From: a virus
Lineage: Duplodnaviria; Caudoviricetes
DNA length: 64,000 nt
Virus record (IMG/VR): IMGVR_UViG_3300046786_000128
Location: 1 to 64,000 of that record
Strand: one strand, 5' to 3'
Numbering within the stretch: the stretch's first letter is position 1; each line of letters begins with the position of its first letter. The notes under the pieces were generated by a model. That model had not been told where the DNA came from, ran no database searches, and saw nothing but the letters and a program-made list of their open reading frames with translations. The position numbers and the translations under genes were made by a program. Positions 8,203 through 19,000 of this stretch are shown here, piece after piece.

Positions 8203-10548
8203 ATGTCGATATTTAGAGACATTGGACAAACGGTCGGAAATCTACTTCGTCCAGATGGTAATCCTATTCTACAGGTTGCTAACAATGCAGGAGTAGCAAT
8301 CGGGTCGGTTAGAAATATTACCAACGCTATTGCAGAATCAGCGGCAACATTAAATCCTAATTTATTGAATAAAGTTTTACCGGATCCGAGTAAAATTCCA
8401 TTAATAAAAAGTTTTAGTTTTGCAGCGCCGCCCCCTGGCGGTCCTCCTTACGAAAACGTTTTAGAACAGTTTGCATCATATACACCTCTGTGGACATTGT
8501 GTTGCCTAGAGCCAAATCAATTTAATGATCCTACTACCTATAGAGGTAATCCTTGGGCATTGAATCATGTGGTGCTGTCTTCCGCAGGACGATATGATGC
8601 CGAACGAGCAAATACGGCATATGGTGCTCCTGAATATTTTATTGATAACGTTACTATGCAGGCCTCGCTAGGTGGTTCTGCAAAAACAGGTAACACCAAC
8701 GTTACTAGTTTTAGTTTTGAAGTATACGAACCTTATTCGTTAGGAGTATTTTTACAGAGCTTACAATCGGCAGCATTAGGAGCTGGATATCCGTCGTACT
8801 TAAATGATACACCTTATCTATTAAAATTAGAATTCGTAGGCTTCCAGGACAATGGTGCAATTTTTGAATCTTCAGAAAAGTTAACAAAATATTTTACAAT
8901 TAAAATTACAAAAGTAGAATTTAATGTTAATGAAGGCGGCAGCAAATATAAAATCGAAGCATCACCATTCCACCATCAAGGGTTCAGTGATATTGTTAAC
9001 AATGCACCTACCGACCTTAAAATTACAGGTATGAAAGTTAATGAGGTATTGGTGTCAGGTCCACAAAGTTTGTGTACCGCATTAAATGCAATTCAACTTG
9101 AAAAAGTAGATTCGGGTCAAGCTGAAATTCCAGATTTGTATGAAGTTGTATTTCCTATTGATGCAAGTGATAAAGTAGGACTAGAGGAAAATGCCAACAT
9201 TGATGTATTAAAAGCAATGGCAGATCCTAATGCCGAAAAGACTCAGAGAATTGAAGCAGTTGAACGAGAACTAACAGCAGAGAGTTTTGGGCAAGGTGAA
9301 ATAGGAATGGCCAGTATGGGATTCTCAGAAACATCAGGCGGCAATTATAATTTTAAATTAGAAGGCGATGTTATCGATCCCGATACTGGCAGGATCAAAA
9401 GAGATAGTATGTCTATCGATCCTAAACAGCGTGAAATTGTTTTTCCGCAAGGAACTAAAATTACAGAAATTATTAAGATGGTTGTATTATCATCTCAATA
9501 CTGTGTTGAAAGTTTAAAAGGCGAAAACATTGATGACAACGGTATGATAGATTGGTTCAGAATCGATGTTCAAATACAATTATTAGATTATGATAAAATT
9601 AGAAATCTTAGAGCTAAAAAGTTTATTTACAGAGTAGTTCCTTTTAAAGTAAGTGGATCAATTTTTAAAAATCCTAGCTCAGTAACCGCAGGCGAAAGCA
9701 ATCTACAAAAGATAATTTGTAAACGTTATGATTATTTGTATACCGGTCAGAACAATGATCTTTTAAAATTTGATTTAACATTTAACGGTATGTTCTTTAC
9801 CGGAGTTATGCCACGTCCGCCACAATACAATGCTCAGGTATCAAATACGGATCAACAAAATTCAGCACCTGATGCAACACCACAGGCTAGACTTAAAACA
9901 GGAGATGCACCTAGTAGTGCAACTTCAGCATCTGGTTCACCACCAGTTAAGGGAGATACTAAATTATCAGCTCCTAGTGCCTCTGGTGAAAAGACAGTTG
10001 AGCAAATTATTGCAGATGCGTTTAATAAATCATTCCAGGCCAGTAGTGATTTAACTTCTGTAAAAATTGATATTTTAGGTGATCCGTATTTCTTATCAGA
10101 TAGTGGTATTAATTCTAACTATCTTGCAGAGTATGGACCTAATGAACAGGTAACATCAGACGGCTCGATGAACTGGGAAGGTAGTCAAATTTTTGTTTAC
10201 ATAACTTGGAGAAATCCATTAGAACCTAACCTTGGTACAACAGGGCAAGGCGGGTTAATGAATTTTCCAGATGGTGGAGCAGTAACACCTTTTAGCGGTA
10301 TATATCATGTCAAGAGTGTTGAGAATAGATTCTCAGGCGGAACATTCCAACAAACTTTAGATCTAGCCCGTCAGGTTAATCAGCAGCTTGATTACAACGG
10401 ACAAGAAACAATTAGCAAACAGAATCAAACAATGTACGATACTAGTAAGGTTGAGCCTCCTAAGACTAGCCCTACTGATAGTGCATCTGAATTATCAGAT
10501 GCAGAGATCGCTGCAAACAACGCCGCCCTTGGCGATTTTATGGGATAA
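8203..10548 (+). CDS. Baseplate hub protein (gp27/P2 gpD/VgrG-N-like)
   Basis: DILGDPYFL and FSGIYHVKSVENRFSGGTFQQTLDL motifs; lies between gp53 and the spike gene. Confidence 0.7.
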   Translation: MSIFRDIGQTVGNLLRPDGNPILQVANNAGVAIGSVRNITNAIAESAATLNPNLLNKVLPDPSKIPLIKSFSFAAPPPGGPPYENVLEQFASYTPLWTLCCLEPNQFNDPTTYRGNPWALNHVVLSSAGRYDAERANTAYGAPEYFIDNVTMQASLGGSAKTGNTNVTSFSFEVYEPYSLGVFLQSLQSAALGAGYPSYLNDTPYLLKLEFVGFQDNGAIFESSEKLTKYFTIKITKVEFNVNEGGSKYKIEASPFHHQGFSDIVNNAPTDLKITGMKVNEVLVSGPQSLCTALNAIQLEKVDSGQAEIPDLYEVVFPIDASDKVGLEENANIDVLKAMADPNAEKTQRIEAVERELTAESFGQGEIGMASMGFSETSGGNYNFKLEGDVIDPDTGRIKRDSMSIDPKQREIVFPQGTKITEIIKMVVLSSQYCVESLKGENIDDNGMIDWFRIDVQIQLLDYDKIRNLRAKKFIYRVVPFKVSGSIFKNPSSVTAGESNLQKIICKRYDYLYTGQNNDLLKFDLTFNGMFFTGVMPRPPQYNAQVSNTDQQNSAPDATPQARLKTGDAPSSATSASGSPPVKGDTKLSAPSASGEKTVEQIIADAFNKSFQASSDLTSVKIDILGDPYFLSDSGINSNYLAEYGPNEQVTSDGSMNWEGSQIFVYITWRNPLEPNLGTTGQGGLMNFPDGGAVTPFSGIYHVKSVENRFSGGTFQQTLDLARQVNQQLDYNGQETISKQNQTMYDTSKVEPPKTSPTDSASELSDAEIAANNAALGDFMG

Positions 10549-10551
10549 TAA

Positions 10552-12171
10552 ATGGGACAAGAAACACGCACCCCGGTTAAGGAGTCAGACGGCAAACTGC
10601 CAACCGGGGTATTATTAGCAAAGGTAGTTGGTTACTTAGATCCTTCGTTTATGTCGGGGTTAGAAGTATCGTTGCTTAGAGAGAACGGTAACGATATTGG
10701 AGATTTAAATCAAACCTTTCCTGTAAAATATGCTAGTCCGTTTTACGGAATAACTGGCTACGAGTATATGGGATTGAATCAAGACGATTTCCAAGATACG
10801 CAGAAAAGTTATGGAATGTGGTTTCCTACCGCTGAAATAGGTACAACAATTTTATGTGCCTTTATTAATGGAGATTCTGATAAGGGATATTTTATTGCCT
10901 GTATTCCTAGTCGCTTTGCAAACCAGATGATTCCGGCAATTGGCGGATCTACAGAATACCAAGCTACCGCTGAACAAAAAAAGAAGTACGATACAACAAA
11001 TGCTCTACCAGTTGCAGAAGTTAATCGTAAGTCTAACGAACAAGATAAAAGTTTAAGCATAGACAAAATTAAAAGACCTATCCATCCTATAGCTGATAGA
11101 TTCTTGGAACAGGGATTATTAGAAGACGATGTTAGGGGAGTTCCTACAACAACAAGCAGACGAGATGTTCCTACCTCAGCATTTGGAATTTTAACACCTG
11201 GACCGTTTGATAGAGGTCCTAATTCTAAATCTCAGTTTATAGGAAAGAAGCAAAGTCAAAGTCCTAAGCCAATGCCTGTTACTAGACTAGGTGGGACACA
11301 AATGGTATTCGATGACGGTGAAGATCGTTATCAAAGAAAGAAGCCAGCAAGCGAAGGCCCAGTTGAATACGCTGATACAGAGAATAAAGAAAAAGGCGAT
11401 CCTAATATTCCTTACAATGAATATTTTAGAGTTCGTACTAGAACCGGACATCAGATTCTTTTACATAACAGTGAAGATTTAATTTACATCGGAAATGCTA
11501 GAGGAACTACTTGGATTGAAATGACTAGCAACGGCAAGATTGATATCTATGCTGAGGACAGTATTAGCATCCACACTGAAAACGATTTAAATTTTCGAGC
11601 TGATAGAGATATTAATTTTGAAGCAGGCCGTAACATAAACCTACGAGCAGAAACAGGCAGATTGCATGCAGATGTTAAAACAAATCTAGAAATTGTAATC
11701 GGTGCAAACGGATTAGTTACAACGAAAGGGAATCTAGATGTTAACACAACTGGCACTACAAAAGTTTCGTCAACAGGAGCAATGGATCTTAAGAGTGGCG
11801 CTGATATCAAAGCTACTGCTGGTGCCGGATTAAACATTAAGAGCGGTGGAGATAGTAAGTGGACTGCCGGAGGCAATGCTAGTATTGGCGGTGCTGCACT
11901 TGTTCTATCGGGCGGCAGTATTGACTTAAATGGTCCTGCCGCACCAGCCGCAGCAGAAGCCTCGGATGCAGCATTAGCAGAACTACTAAAGACACATGAT
12001 AATATTGTCACAAGTTCTAGTGAGAAGTGGGAAGGTAAAAATCGTTATGCTAAGAAAGAACCACTAAAGAGTATTATGAAACGTGTACCGATGCACGAAC
12101 CATGGGCATTACATGAAAATCAAGCCCCTGCATTCTTTACTCCAAAAAATACAGATAGGGATGTCGAATAA
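10552..12171 (+). CDS. gp5: Baseplate central spike, gp5-like (OB fold plus beta-helix), no lysozyme domain seen
   Basis: N-terminal OB-fold pattern, RTRTGHQILLHNSEDLIYI, repeated short beta-helix strands, C-terminal MHEPWALHE. Confidence 0.75.
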   Translation: MGQETRTPVKESDGKLPTGVLLAKVVGYLDPSFMSGLEVSLLRENGNDIGDLNQTFPVKYASPFYGITGYEYMGLNQDDFQDTQKSYGMWFPTAEIGTTILCAFINGDSDKGYFIACIPSRFANQMIPAIGGSTEYQATAEQKKKYDTTNALPVAEVNRKSNEQDKSLSIDKIKRPIHPIADRFLEQGLLEDDVRGVPTTTSRRDVPTSAFGILTPGPFDRGPNSKSQFIGKKQSQSPKPMPVTRLGGTQMVFDDGEDRYQRKKPASEGPVEYADTENKEKGDPNIPYNEYFRVRTRTGHQILLHNSEDLIYIGNARGTTWIEMTSNGKIDIYAEDSISIHTENDLNFRADRDINFEAGRNINLRAETGRLHADVKTNLEIVIGANGLVTTKGNLDVNTTGTTKVSSTGAMDLKSGADIKATAGAGLNIKSGGDSKWTAGGNASIGGAALVLSGGSIDLNGPAAPAAAEASDAALAELLKTHDNIVTSSSEKWEGKNRYAKKEPLKSIMKRVPMHEPWALHENQAPAFFTPKNTDRDVE

Positions 12172-12605
12172 TGTCTAAAATATACAATAAAAAATCAGTA
12201 GCTTCATTAACTGCTAAAGTTACAGATAGTAACGAATCGTTTACCTACAAAGGATTCAGTTCTAAAGAAACTAAAAATACCTTTAAGCTGCATGACATTG
12301 ATTTAGTTAAGCAGGATATTATGAATCACTTTTATATTCGTAAAGGTGAAAAATTAATGAATCCGGACTTTGGCACAGTTATTTGGGATCTACTATTTGA
12401 ACCCTTTACAGAAGAAGTAAAAAAATTAATTACAGACGACGTTGAAGCAATTATTAACTACGACCCACGTATTGCAATCAACGCAGTATCTATCGATAGC
12501 ACTGACATGGGTATTAGAATACAAGCAGATATAACGTATTTGCCTTTTAATATCAATGAAAGAATGATGTTTGACTTCGATAAAGAAAATAACATCATTA
12601 AGTGA
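12171..12605 (+). CDS. gp25: Baseplate wedge subunit, gp25-like
   Basis: LVKQDIMNHFYIRKGEKLMNPDFGTVIWDLLFEP...INYDPRI pattern. Confidence 0.9.
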   Translation: MSKIYNKKSVASLTAKVTDSNESFTYKGFSSKETKNTFKLHDIDLVKQDIMNHFYIRKGEKLMNPDFGTVIWDLLFEPFTEEVKKLITDDVEAIINYDPRIAINAVSIDSTDMGIRIQADITYLPFNINERMMFDFDKENNIIK

Positions 12606-12623
12606 GTGGTTAATTTTCTTGGG

Positions 12624-12629
12624 TAAATA
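12624..12629 (+). promoter_or_regulatory. Putative late promoter core TAAATA
   Basis: 17 nt upstream of the ATG at 12647, with AGGA between them. Confidence 0.55.
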
Positions 12630-12646
12630 CAAGATAGGATTGAAAA

Positions 12647-15600
12647 ATGACAACTAGTTCCAGACAAAATAACTTAATTTTAAACGAAGATTGGACAAGA
12701 ATCTATCAGACATTTAAAAATGCTGACTTCAAAAGCTACGACTTTGAGAATCTTCGTAGAGTTATCATTTCCTATTTCCGTGAAAATTACCCAGAAGATT
12801 TTAACGATTATATCGAGTCTAGCGAATATCTAGCGTTGATTGACGCCATTGCTTTCCTTGGACAAAGTCTTGCTTTCCGTATCGATCTAGCCAGCCGTGA
12901 AAACTTCATCGAACTAGCAGAGCGTAAAGAAAGCGTATTGCGTTTAGCACGTATGTTGAGCTATAACGCCAAGCGAAATATTGCTTCGAAAGGACTATTA
13001 AAATTTGATACTGTAACTACTACAGAAAGCGTACTAGATAGTAACGGTAAAAATCTTTCTCAACAGACTATTGTTTGGAACGACCCAACCAATCAAAACT
13101 GGGCAGAACAATTTACAACAGTTCTAAATGCTGCTATGGCAGATAACACAGAATTTGGACGTAGTCAAGGATCTGCAACAATTGAAGGCATTCAAACAGA
13201 ACAATATAGATTTAGAACAGCATCCACTGATGTTCCAATTTTTACGTTTAGTAAAGTTGTTGCAGGGCGACAAATGACATTTGAACTTGTAAGCACTAGC
13301 TTCAAGGGCAAAGAAGAAATCTACGAAGAAGCTCCTACACCAGGAAATCAAATTGGTTTTGTTTATAAAAATGACGGCCGTGGTGGTACAAGTGCTAACA
13401 CTGGTTTCTTCCTAATGTTCAAACAAGGAAGTTTAGAACTTGCTGATTTTTCAATCGCAATTCCTACTACCAACGAAACAATTGCCATTGATAGTAACAA
13501 CATCAATAATGACGATGTTTGGTTATTTGCTTTAAGTTCTGCAGGAGTTCAATTAAACGAGTGGACACAAGTTTCTAGTTTAACAGGCAGTAACATTGCA
13601 TATAACAGCATTAGTTCAAATGTAAGAAACATTTATTCTGTAATTACAAAAGAAAGTGATAGAGTCGATTTAGCATTTGCTGACGGAGTCTACGGCAATT
13701 TACCACAAGGTGCTTTCCGTGTCTATTACAGAATCAGCAATGGATTAGTTTATCAAATCGCACCAAACGAGATGCGAGGAATTAACATTGCTATTCCATA
13801 CGTTAACAAACAAGGTGTAAGTCATACTCTTAATATTACAATGAGTTTGAAATATACTGTAAGCAGTTCAGCAGCATCTGAAAGTCTAGCGTCGATTAGG
13901 ACAAATGCTCCTGCTCAGTATTATACACAAAACAGAATGATTACCGGTGAAGATTATAATCTAGCACCGTTAACTACATCTCAAGACATTTTAAAAATCA
14001 ATGCCATTAACAGAACATCAAGCGGCATTAGCAGAAATTTTGAAATTATTGACGCCACTGGAAAGTACAGTAGTGTTAATGTTTTTGCAGACGATGGATT
14101 GATGTACAAAGAAGAAACAGAACGCTCTATTGCTTTTAAGTACGCTAACAGAATTGAGATTTTAAATTTTATTAGAAACACCGTTGAACCTATTATTAAC
14201 GACACAGATGTTTACAACTATTATCTTACTAAGTTTGATAAGATTAATTTTACGGATCAAAATACACTTTGGAAACAAGTTACATCAGATGTAAATCTAT
14301 GTACTGGTTATTTTAATAGCGCCATCGACAGCAACTTAATTCTTAAAGTGGGTACCTACACCACCAGCACCTTAAAATATGTTGCTCCTGGAGCTTTAAT
14401 CAAGTTTGTACCTCCAGCTGGACAGAGCTTTAGACGCGGAAAACTAGTTACAACAGATGCAACTGATCCAGAACAAAGAGATAGACTATGGACTCGTATT
14501 ATAAAAGTTACAGGCGATGGTACCAATGCAGGCAAAGGTGTTCTAACATCTGGGCTAGGTGCTGTTCAATTTAGTGATATTATTCCAACAGGAGCAATTG
14601 CAACTAGAATTGTTCCAACGTTTTCTACAAATCTTCCTGTAGCACTAGAAACAGAAATGACTAATCAAATGTTTAGTAATCTAAACTTTGGATTAAGATA
14701 TAGTGCTATTGATTCTTCATGGAAATTAATTACAAGTGCAAACTTAAATTTATTGAGCAATTTTAGTTTAGGTAAATCGGGAGATGTATCAAACAGCAGT
14801 TTAGATGCTTCTTGGTTATTTGCTTTTGTTAAGGAAGCTGACGAGTATGTTGTTCGTATTAGAGGATTAGATTACATCTTTGGCAGCATTGAACAAAATC
14901 GTTTCTATTTTGATTCTAAAGCTAAAACTTATGACAGTAAAACAGGTAAGGTAGTTAAGGACCATATTAAGATTCTAGGAGTTAACCCAGACAGTAATTT
15001 GCTTACTCCGTTAAAACAAGATATTAAATTTGAAATCAGTGATACTATTAGATTCGATGACGGATATCAAAGTGTTGACAAAATTAAAATTGCCTTTAGC
15101 GATTCAGATGATGACGGAGTAGTTGATAATCCAGAAGCCTTTGAGCAAATTGTTGGTCTAGATTTAGATCTAAATTATCTGTTTTTCCAAGAAGTTAATG
15201 ATGACTTAGGAAACAAAATTAAACAATATATCGATAATACCGACGATCATATTGCAATTGTACAGAAAGAAAGTCTTGTTAATGTTAACGATTATGCAGA
15301 CGGTGATTTAATCTATTTTTACAATAGCGATGAAGATCAGGTTAAAAAAGTTAATAGAACAACTAATACATTAGAATTGCAGAGCGATTACACTGCTAAC
15401 GTTGGCCGTGCAGGATTAAAATTCCAGTATGTTCATAACGCTAACGTTGATCGTAGAATTGATCCTAGTGCAAGTAACATCATGGATGTTTACATTTTAA
15501 CAAGAAGTTATGATACTAGTTTTAGAAATTTCTTAGCAGGCGCTACAACTAAAGAGCCAGACGCTCCTAATAGCGATAGTTTAAGAATTAGCTTTGGTAC

Positions 15601-16054
15601 AAAGTTAGGACAAATTAAAGCAGTTAGTGATGAAATTATCTATCACCCAGTGCAATATAAAGTATTATTCGGACCAACAGCAGATGCTAAGTTGCAGGCT
15701 AAATTTAAAATTGTTAAGAATCCAAACAAGTTAATTAATGATAATGATTTGAAAGTTAGAGTAATTAATGCAATCAACGAATTCTTCGATGTAAACAATT
15801 GGGATTTTGGAGATAGGTTCTATGTTAGTGAACTAATTACCTATGTCATCAATACAGTTGCCCCGGACATATCAAACATGGTATTAGTTCCGAGACAACC
15901 AACACAGAGCTTTGGTAGCTTATTTGAGATCCAGAGCAATGTAGACGAAATATTTGTCAGCGGTGCAAGAGTAGACGATATTGAAATAGTGACTGCAATT
16001 TCTGCTACAGAAATTAGAGCAGTAAGCAGCACAATAATTACAAGTACAAATTAA
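12647..16054 (+). CDS. gp6: Baseplate wedge protein, gp6/baseplate J-like, enlarged (1135 aa)
   Basis: SYDFENLRR...FNDYIESSEYLALIDAIAFLG...FIELAERKESVLRLARMLSY and QNRMITGEDY motifs. Confidence 0.85.
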   Translation: MTTSSRQNNLILNEDWTRIYQTFKNADFKSYDFENLRRVIISYFRENYPEDFNDYIESSEYLALIDAIAFLGQSLAFRIDLASRENFIELAERKESVLRLARMLSYNAKRNIASKGLLKFDTVTTTESVLDSNGKNLSQQTIVWNDPTNQNWAEQFTTVLNAAMADNTEFGRSQGSATIEGIQTEQYRFRTASTDVPIFTFSKVVAGRQMTFELVSTSFKGKEEIYEEAPTPGNQIGFVYKNDGRGGTSANTGFFLMFKQGSLELADFSIAIPTTNETIAIDSNNINNDDVWLFALSSAGVQLNEWTQVSSLTGSNIAYNSISSNVRNIYSVITKESDRVDLAFADGVYGNLPQGAFRVYYRISNGLVYQIAPNEMRGINIAIPYVNKQGVSHTLNITMSLKYTVSSSAASESLASIRTNAPAQYYTQNRMITGEDYNLAPLTTSQDILKINAINRTSSGISRNFEIIDATGKYSSVNVFADDGLMYKEETERSIAFKYANRIEILNFIRNTVEPIINDTDVYNYYLTKFDKINFTDQNTLWKQVTSDVNLCTGYFNSAIDSNLILKVGTYTTSTLKYVAPGALIKFVPPAGQSFRRGKLVTTDATDPEQRDRLWTRIIKVTGDGTNAGKGVLTSGLGAVQFSDIIPTGAIATRIVPTFSTNLPVALETEMTNQMFSNLNFGLRYSAIDSSWKLITSANLNLLSNFSLGKSGDVSNSSLDASWLFAFVKEADEYVVRIRGLDYIFGSIEQNRFYFDSKAKTYDSKTGKVVKDHIKILGVNPDSNLLTPLKQDIKFEISDTIRFDDGYQSVDKIKIAFSDSDDDGVVDNPEAFEQIVGLDLDLNYLFFQEVNDDLGNKIKQYIDNTDDHIAIVQKESLVNVNDYADGDLIYFYNSDEDQVKKVNRTTNTLELQSDYTANVGRAGLKFQYVHNANVDRRIDPSASNIMDVYILTRSYDTSFRNFLAGATTKEPDAPNSDSLRISFGTKLGQIKAVSDEIIYHPVQYKVLFGPTADAKLQAKFKIVKNPNKLINDNDLKVRVINAINEFFDVNNWDFGDRFYVSELITYVINTVAPDISNMVLVPRQPTQSFGSLFEIQSNVDEIFVSGARVDDIEIVTAISATEIRAVSSTIITSTN

Positions 16055-16055
16055 T

Positions 16056-19000
16056 ATGGCACAAGAAATCTTTCCAGATAGTCAACTACCGATCAGAAGA
16101 ACAGTAGACTTATTACCTCAGGTTTTTCAAACTGAGGCAAATAATAAGTTTATGTCGGCAGTAGTTGATCCTTTAGTACAGCCAGGTGTTCTACAAAAAA
16201 CTGTAGGATACGTTGGGCGCCGCTACGGAAAAACATATAATGCTAATGATGTATATCTTGATACTGACGAAACATTAAGAAGCCGTTATCAATTAGAACC
16301 GGGTGTTGTTATCAAGCAAGACGAAAAAGTTACAAACTTTTACGATTATCTTGATTTTAAAAATCAAATTAAATTCTTTGGAAACAAAGAAGAAGTTGAT
16401 GCAGTTATTACAGCACAAGAACACTATACCTGGAATCCTCCAATTGATTGGGATAAGTTTGTTAACTATCGCGAGTACTACTGGGTACCGGATGGTCCAC
16501 CGCCTGTTAAAATTCTAGGCCAGGCACAAAATATTATTAGTACATATCGTGTAACACTGGGTGTTGGCAGTGTGTTTATTTTCACCCCTGATGGATTAAC
16601 AAATAATCCTACATTGACATTGTACAGAGGACAAACTTATAAGTTCAATATCAATGCACCAGACAACGGCCTAACAATTAAAACAGCTATTGACACAGGA
16701 TCTTTATTATACAATCCGTTGCTGTCTTATTCAAAAGGACAGATTGTTGTATTTGATGAAAAACTATGGAAAGCTAAAGATAATATTCCTGCAGGTGATG
16801 GCAGTACTATAGATGCTGATACACAAGATTGGGAATTTATCGATGATGCTCAATTCACAACTTCTTTAGATTACACTAAAGGAATCACCAACAACGGAGC
16901 AGAAACAGGTGTAATCACATTTGAAGTTCCGTTCGATGCACCCGATGTTTTATTCTATCAGAGTGCAACTGATCCTAATCGCTTTGGTAGATTCTTAATT
17001 TCTAACATTGAATCAAATACAAAAATTAATGTAGAAAAAGAAATCATCGGTAAGACAACATATACTAGCAGCAATGGTGTTGAGCTAACCAACGGCATGA
17101 TTATCTATTTTATAGGTTTAGTAAGTCCTGCAAAATATGCTGATGACGGTATAAAATGGTTAGTTGAAGGTGTTGGTTCAAAAATTACATTAACAAGATT
17201 TACAGACTTAATTGTTTCTGAAAATTTAAATGCAAATGCCCCTGAGGTATTATTTGATAACGGTGGTTTCGACAGCCAGCCTTACGATGATGCAAGTGCA
17301 TATCCGTCGTCAAAAGACTATATTACAATTAACAAATCTAGTATTGATTCAAATCCGTGGAGTCGTTACAATCGTTGGTTCCACAGAGCAACGCTAGATT
17401 ATTCTCACTCATTTAATAATTCAAATTTTGAAGCCGCTGAGACACTGAGAGCAAAGCGTCCTATTATTGAATTTAAACCTAATCTGCAATTGTTCAATCA
17501 CGGTTCGATTGCAAAACAGGTAGTTGATTATGTTGACGATTTCACAACTGATGTATTTTCTGTTATCGAAGGTAGCAAAGGATACATTGTTGATGGTGAA
17601 GCATTATTTGATGGTGCAAGAGTTCTAGTTACTGCCGACACTGATTCGTTAGCCAACAATCAAATTTACGTAGTAAAATTTATTAAACATAATAATGTTA
17701 CACAAATTAATCTGCAGAAAGCATCGGATGGCGAATCGTTACTTGGCGAAGGAGTTTTAGTTCGTCGAGGTAATAACAACAAAGGTTTGATGTACCATTA
17801 CAATGGTACAAACTGGATTAAAAGTCAATTAAAAACAAAAATTAATCAAGCACCGTTGTTTGATATTTTTGATGAAAATTTAGTCAGTTTATCTGATGCT
17901 GAAACCTACCCTGTAAGTTCTTTTGTAGGAACAGAAATCGTAAGTTATAAAATTGGCAATAGTGTTGTTGATAAAGAATTAGGATTTAGCGTATCTTATC
18001 TAAACATTAATAATGTTGGAGATATACAATTTGAATTTGATCTTGATACTGATACATTTACATATAATGTAGGACAGGATGTCTTTACTAAAAACATCTT
18101 AACAGGATTTTATAAATTTAACGGAATTGAATCTTACGATAACGGATGGAAAGTAATTGATAAAAACTTTACACAGCCAATTATTGATTCTGTTCCTGTA
18201 ACTACAGCGACTAATGTAATCACGTCAACTGCGGTAGATTGGAAATCAGTCTCTGATAGTCAAATTAGAAAAATTGTATTTTATGTTAACGGAGTTATTA
18301 CAAGAAAGACTTGGACACGTTCAGTTGATACATTTACATTTAGCAGCAATTTTGCAGCCGGTGATGTAGTAACTATTAAGTTATTTGCAGATTTAGATCC
18401 TAACACAGGATACTATGAAATTCCTTTAGGTCTAGAAAAGAATCCTTTAAACGATACTATCAAGACATTTACTCTAGGACAAGCCGCTGATCACATTTTA
18501 ACAGGTATTGAACTAGTTGATAATTTCTCTGGAATATATCCTGGTTCAAGTAATCTAAGAAATATTTCAGGTTACGAAAATAAAACAAAGCGTTTCTTGA
18601 AGCACAGTAATGTAGCACCGATTGCTACAGTATTATTATGCGATAAAGAAATTAATATTGTAAAATCAATTCAATATGCTAAAAAATCTTATACAGATTT
18701 TAAGAATACATTTATTGACATTGCTTATAACTTGTATTTCGATCAAGAAAACATCGACTACGTTGATACTATCTTAGAAGAAATTAGTAAAACACAAAAT
18801 ACATCAAGACCATTTTCTGGATCAGATATGATCGGCAGTGGTGCATATTCTGAATTAGTTTATACTGTAGAAGACGAAGGCATTAAAACTTTTGCCCTAT
18901 CACAAAAATTTGATTTAGAAACATTGAGCTCTAGAGCTGTATATGTTTATTATAATAATGAACAATTATTAAATGGTACTGATTACGAGTTTAATTCTAA

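Noticed and set aside
6766-16054. Bacterial eCIS/T6SS/tailocin locus
   Set aside because: Flanked by T4-like sigma, recombination, clamp and polymerase genes with phage-style gene packing; it is a phage baseplate.
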